DNA of 64,000 nucleotides from Heptranchias perlo (Eukaryota): the NCBI RefSeq assembly GCF_035084215.1, contig NW_027139272.1:62001-126000 (forward strand), in the 5' to 3' direction. A program made the translations under genes and the position numbers. Positions 63,011-64,000 of this stretch are shown piece by piece (position 1 is the stretch's first letter; each line of letters begins with the position of its first letter). The notes beneath the pieces are model-generated. The model was not told where the DNA came from, did no database searches, and was given only the letters and a program-made list of their open reading frames with translations.

Positions 63011-63330
63011 GGGACTATTTCCTCAGGTGGGGGAATCAAGATCTTAGATTTAGAGCCAGGCCATTTAGGAGTGAAATCAGGAAGCACTTTATCACACAAA
63101 GGGGAGTGGGAATCAGGAACTCTCTCCCCCAAAAGGCTGTGGGATGCTGGGGACCCATTGGAGCTTTCAAGACTGAGATTGTTAAATTTTTGTTCGGTTA
63201 GGGTATCGATGGATAGGAAGCAAAGGCTGGAAAATGGAGTTACGGTGCAGATTAGCCATGATATAAATGAATGGTGGAGCAGGCTCGAGGGGCTGAATGG
63301 CCTCTTCCTCTTTCGATGCTCCTGAGCAGC
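63010..63330 (+). mobile_element. CR1 3' fragment
   Basis: Similar to 3690-3856 and 310-390. Confidence 0.7.
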
Positions 63331-63419
63331 TGTGTTACGTTGAGGTTCCATTTATGCCCTGCTGTCTTGGACTTTAACCTTAGCAATAGGTTAGATTGTC
63401 ACAGAGAGTCATCGATCTC

Positions 63420-64000
63420 TGGAATTTCAGTGGGATGAGAACAGATCTGGTCCCGGGTAAATTGGAATCAAAGATTGTCAGGCAAAACTGTAATTGAACA
63501 GCGGGCGGCCTTTAAAGAGGAGATGGTTCGGGTACAGTCGAGGTACATTCCCAAGAGGGAGAAAGGTCGGGCAACTAAAGCCAGAGCTCCCTGGATGACA
63601 AAAGAGATAGAGAGTAAGATGAAACAGAAAAAAGGAGCATATTACAGATGTCAGGTTGATAACACAAGTGAGAACCAGGCAGAATATAGAAAGTTCAGAG
63701 GGGAAGTGAAAAAGGAAATAAGAGGGGCAAAGAGAGAGTCTGAGAATAGACTGGCGGCCAACATAAAAGGGAATCCAAAAGTCTTCTGCAGGCATCTAAA
63801 CAGTAAACAGGTAGTAAGAGGAGGGGTGGGGCCGATTAGGGACCATAAAGGAGATCTACTCATGGAGGCAGAAGAGATGGCCAAAGTACTAAATGAGTAA
63901 TTTGCATCTATTTTTACCAAGGAAGAAGATGCTGCCAGAGTCTCAGTAAAGGAAGATATAGTTAAGATACTGGATGGGCTAAAAATTGATATAGAAGAGG
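63420..64000 (+). mobile_element. CR1 LINE ORF2 fragment
   Basis: Highly similar to 15290-15840 (APWMTKEI, NIKGNPK). Confidence 0.9.

Overview
Vertebrate genomic DNA, most likely a cartilaginous fish (inferred from the CR1/L2 LINE and Deu-type SINE content and the style of the class I gene). It looks like an MHC-type immune locus. Main contents: (1) a complete six-exon TRIM gene on + (RING, B-box2, coiled-coil, B30.2/PRY-SPRY; exons 8363-8818, 10913-11008, 11089-11322, 17504-17526, 17619-17854, 19944-20488; 529 aa) with an ISRE-like motif just upstream; (2) a TRIM paralog pseudogene that the ORF track misses (remnant exons 29571-29592, 29705-29824, 49520-50057), whose last intron holds a ~17 kb, 37-bp satellite that starts at, and contains, the exon-5 splice donor; (3) the 3' part of a nonclassical MHC class I heavy-chain gene on - (alpha2 62481-62756, alpha3 59687-59959, TM/cytoplasmic 55098-55288; alpha1 and leader presumably lie beyond the window); (4) a decayed viral class I fusion (env-like) remnant near 620-1680 and an LTR end with a tRNA-Asn primer-binding site near 26.4 kb; (5) many CR1, L2, SINE and Harbinger remnants and about 12 minisatellites, several visibly seeded from transposon sequence. 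Most long ORFs in the track are minisatellite artefacts. I cannot support a wholly new biological system here. The most unusual items are the splice-donor-derived satellite, the divergent class I groove and the env remnant.
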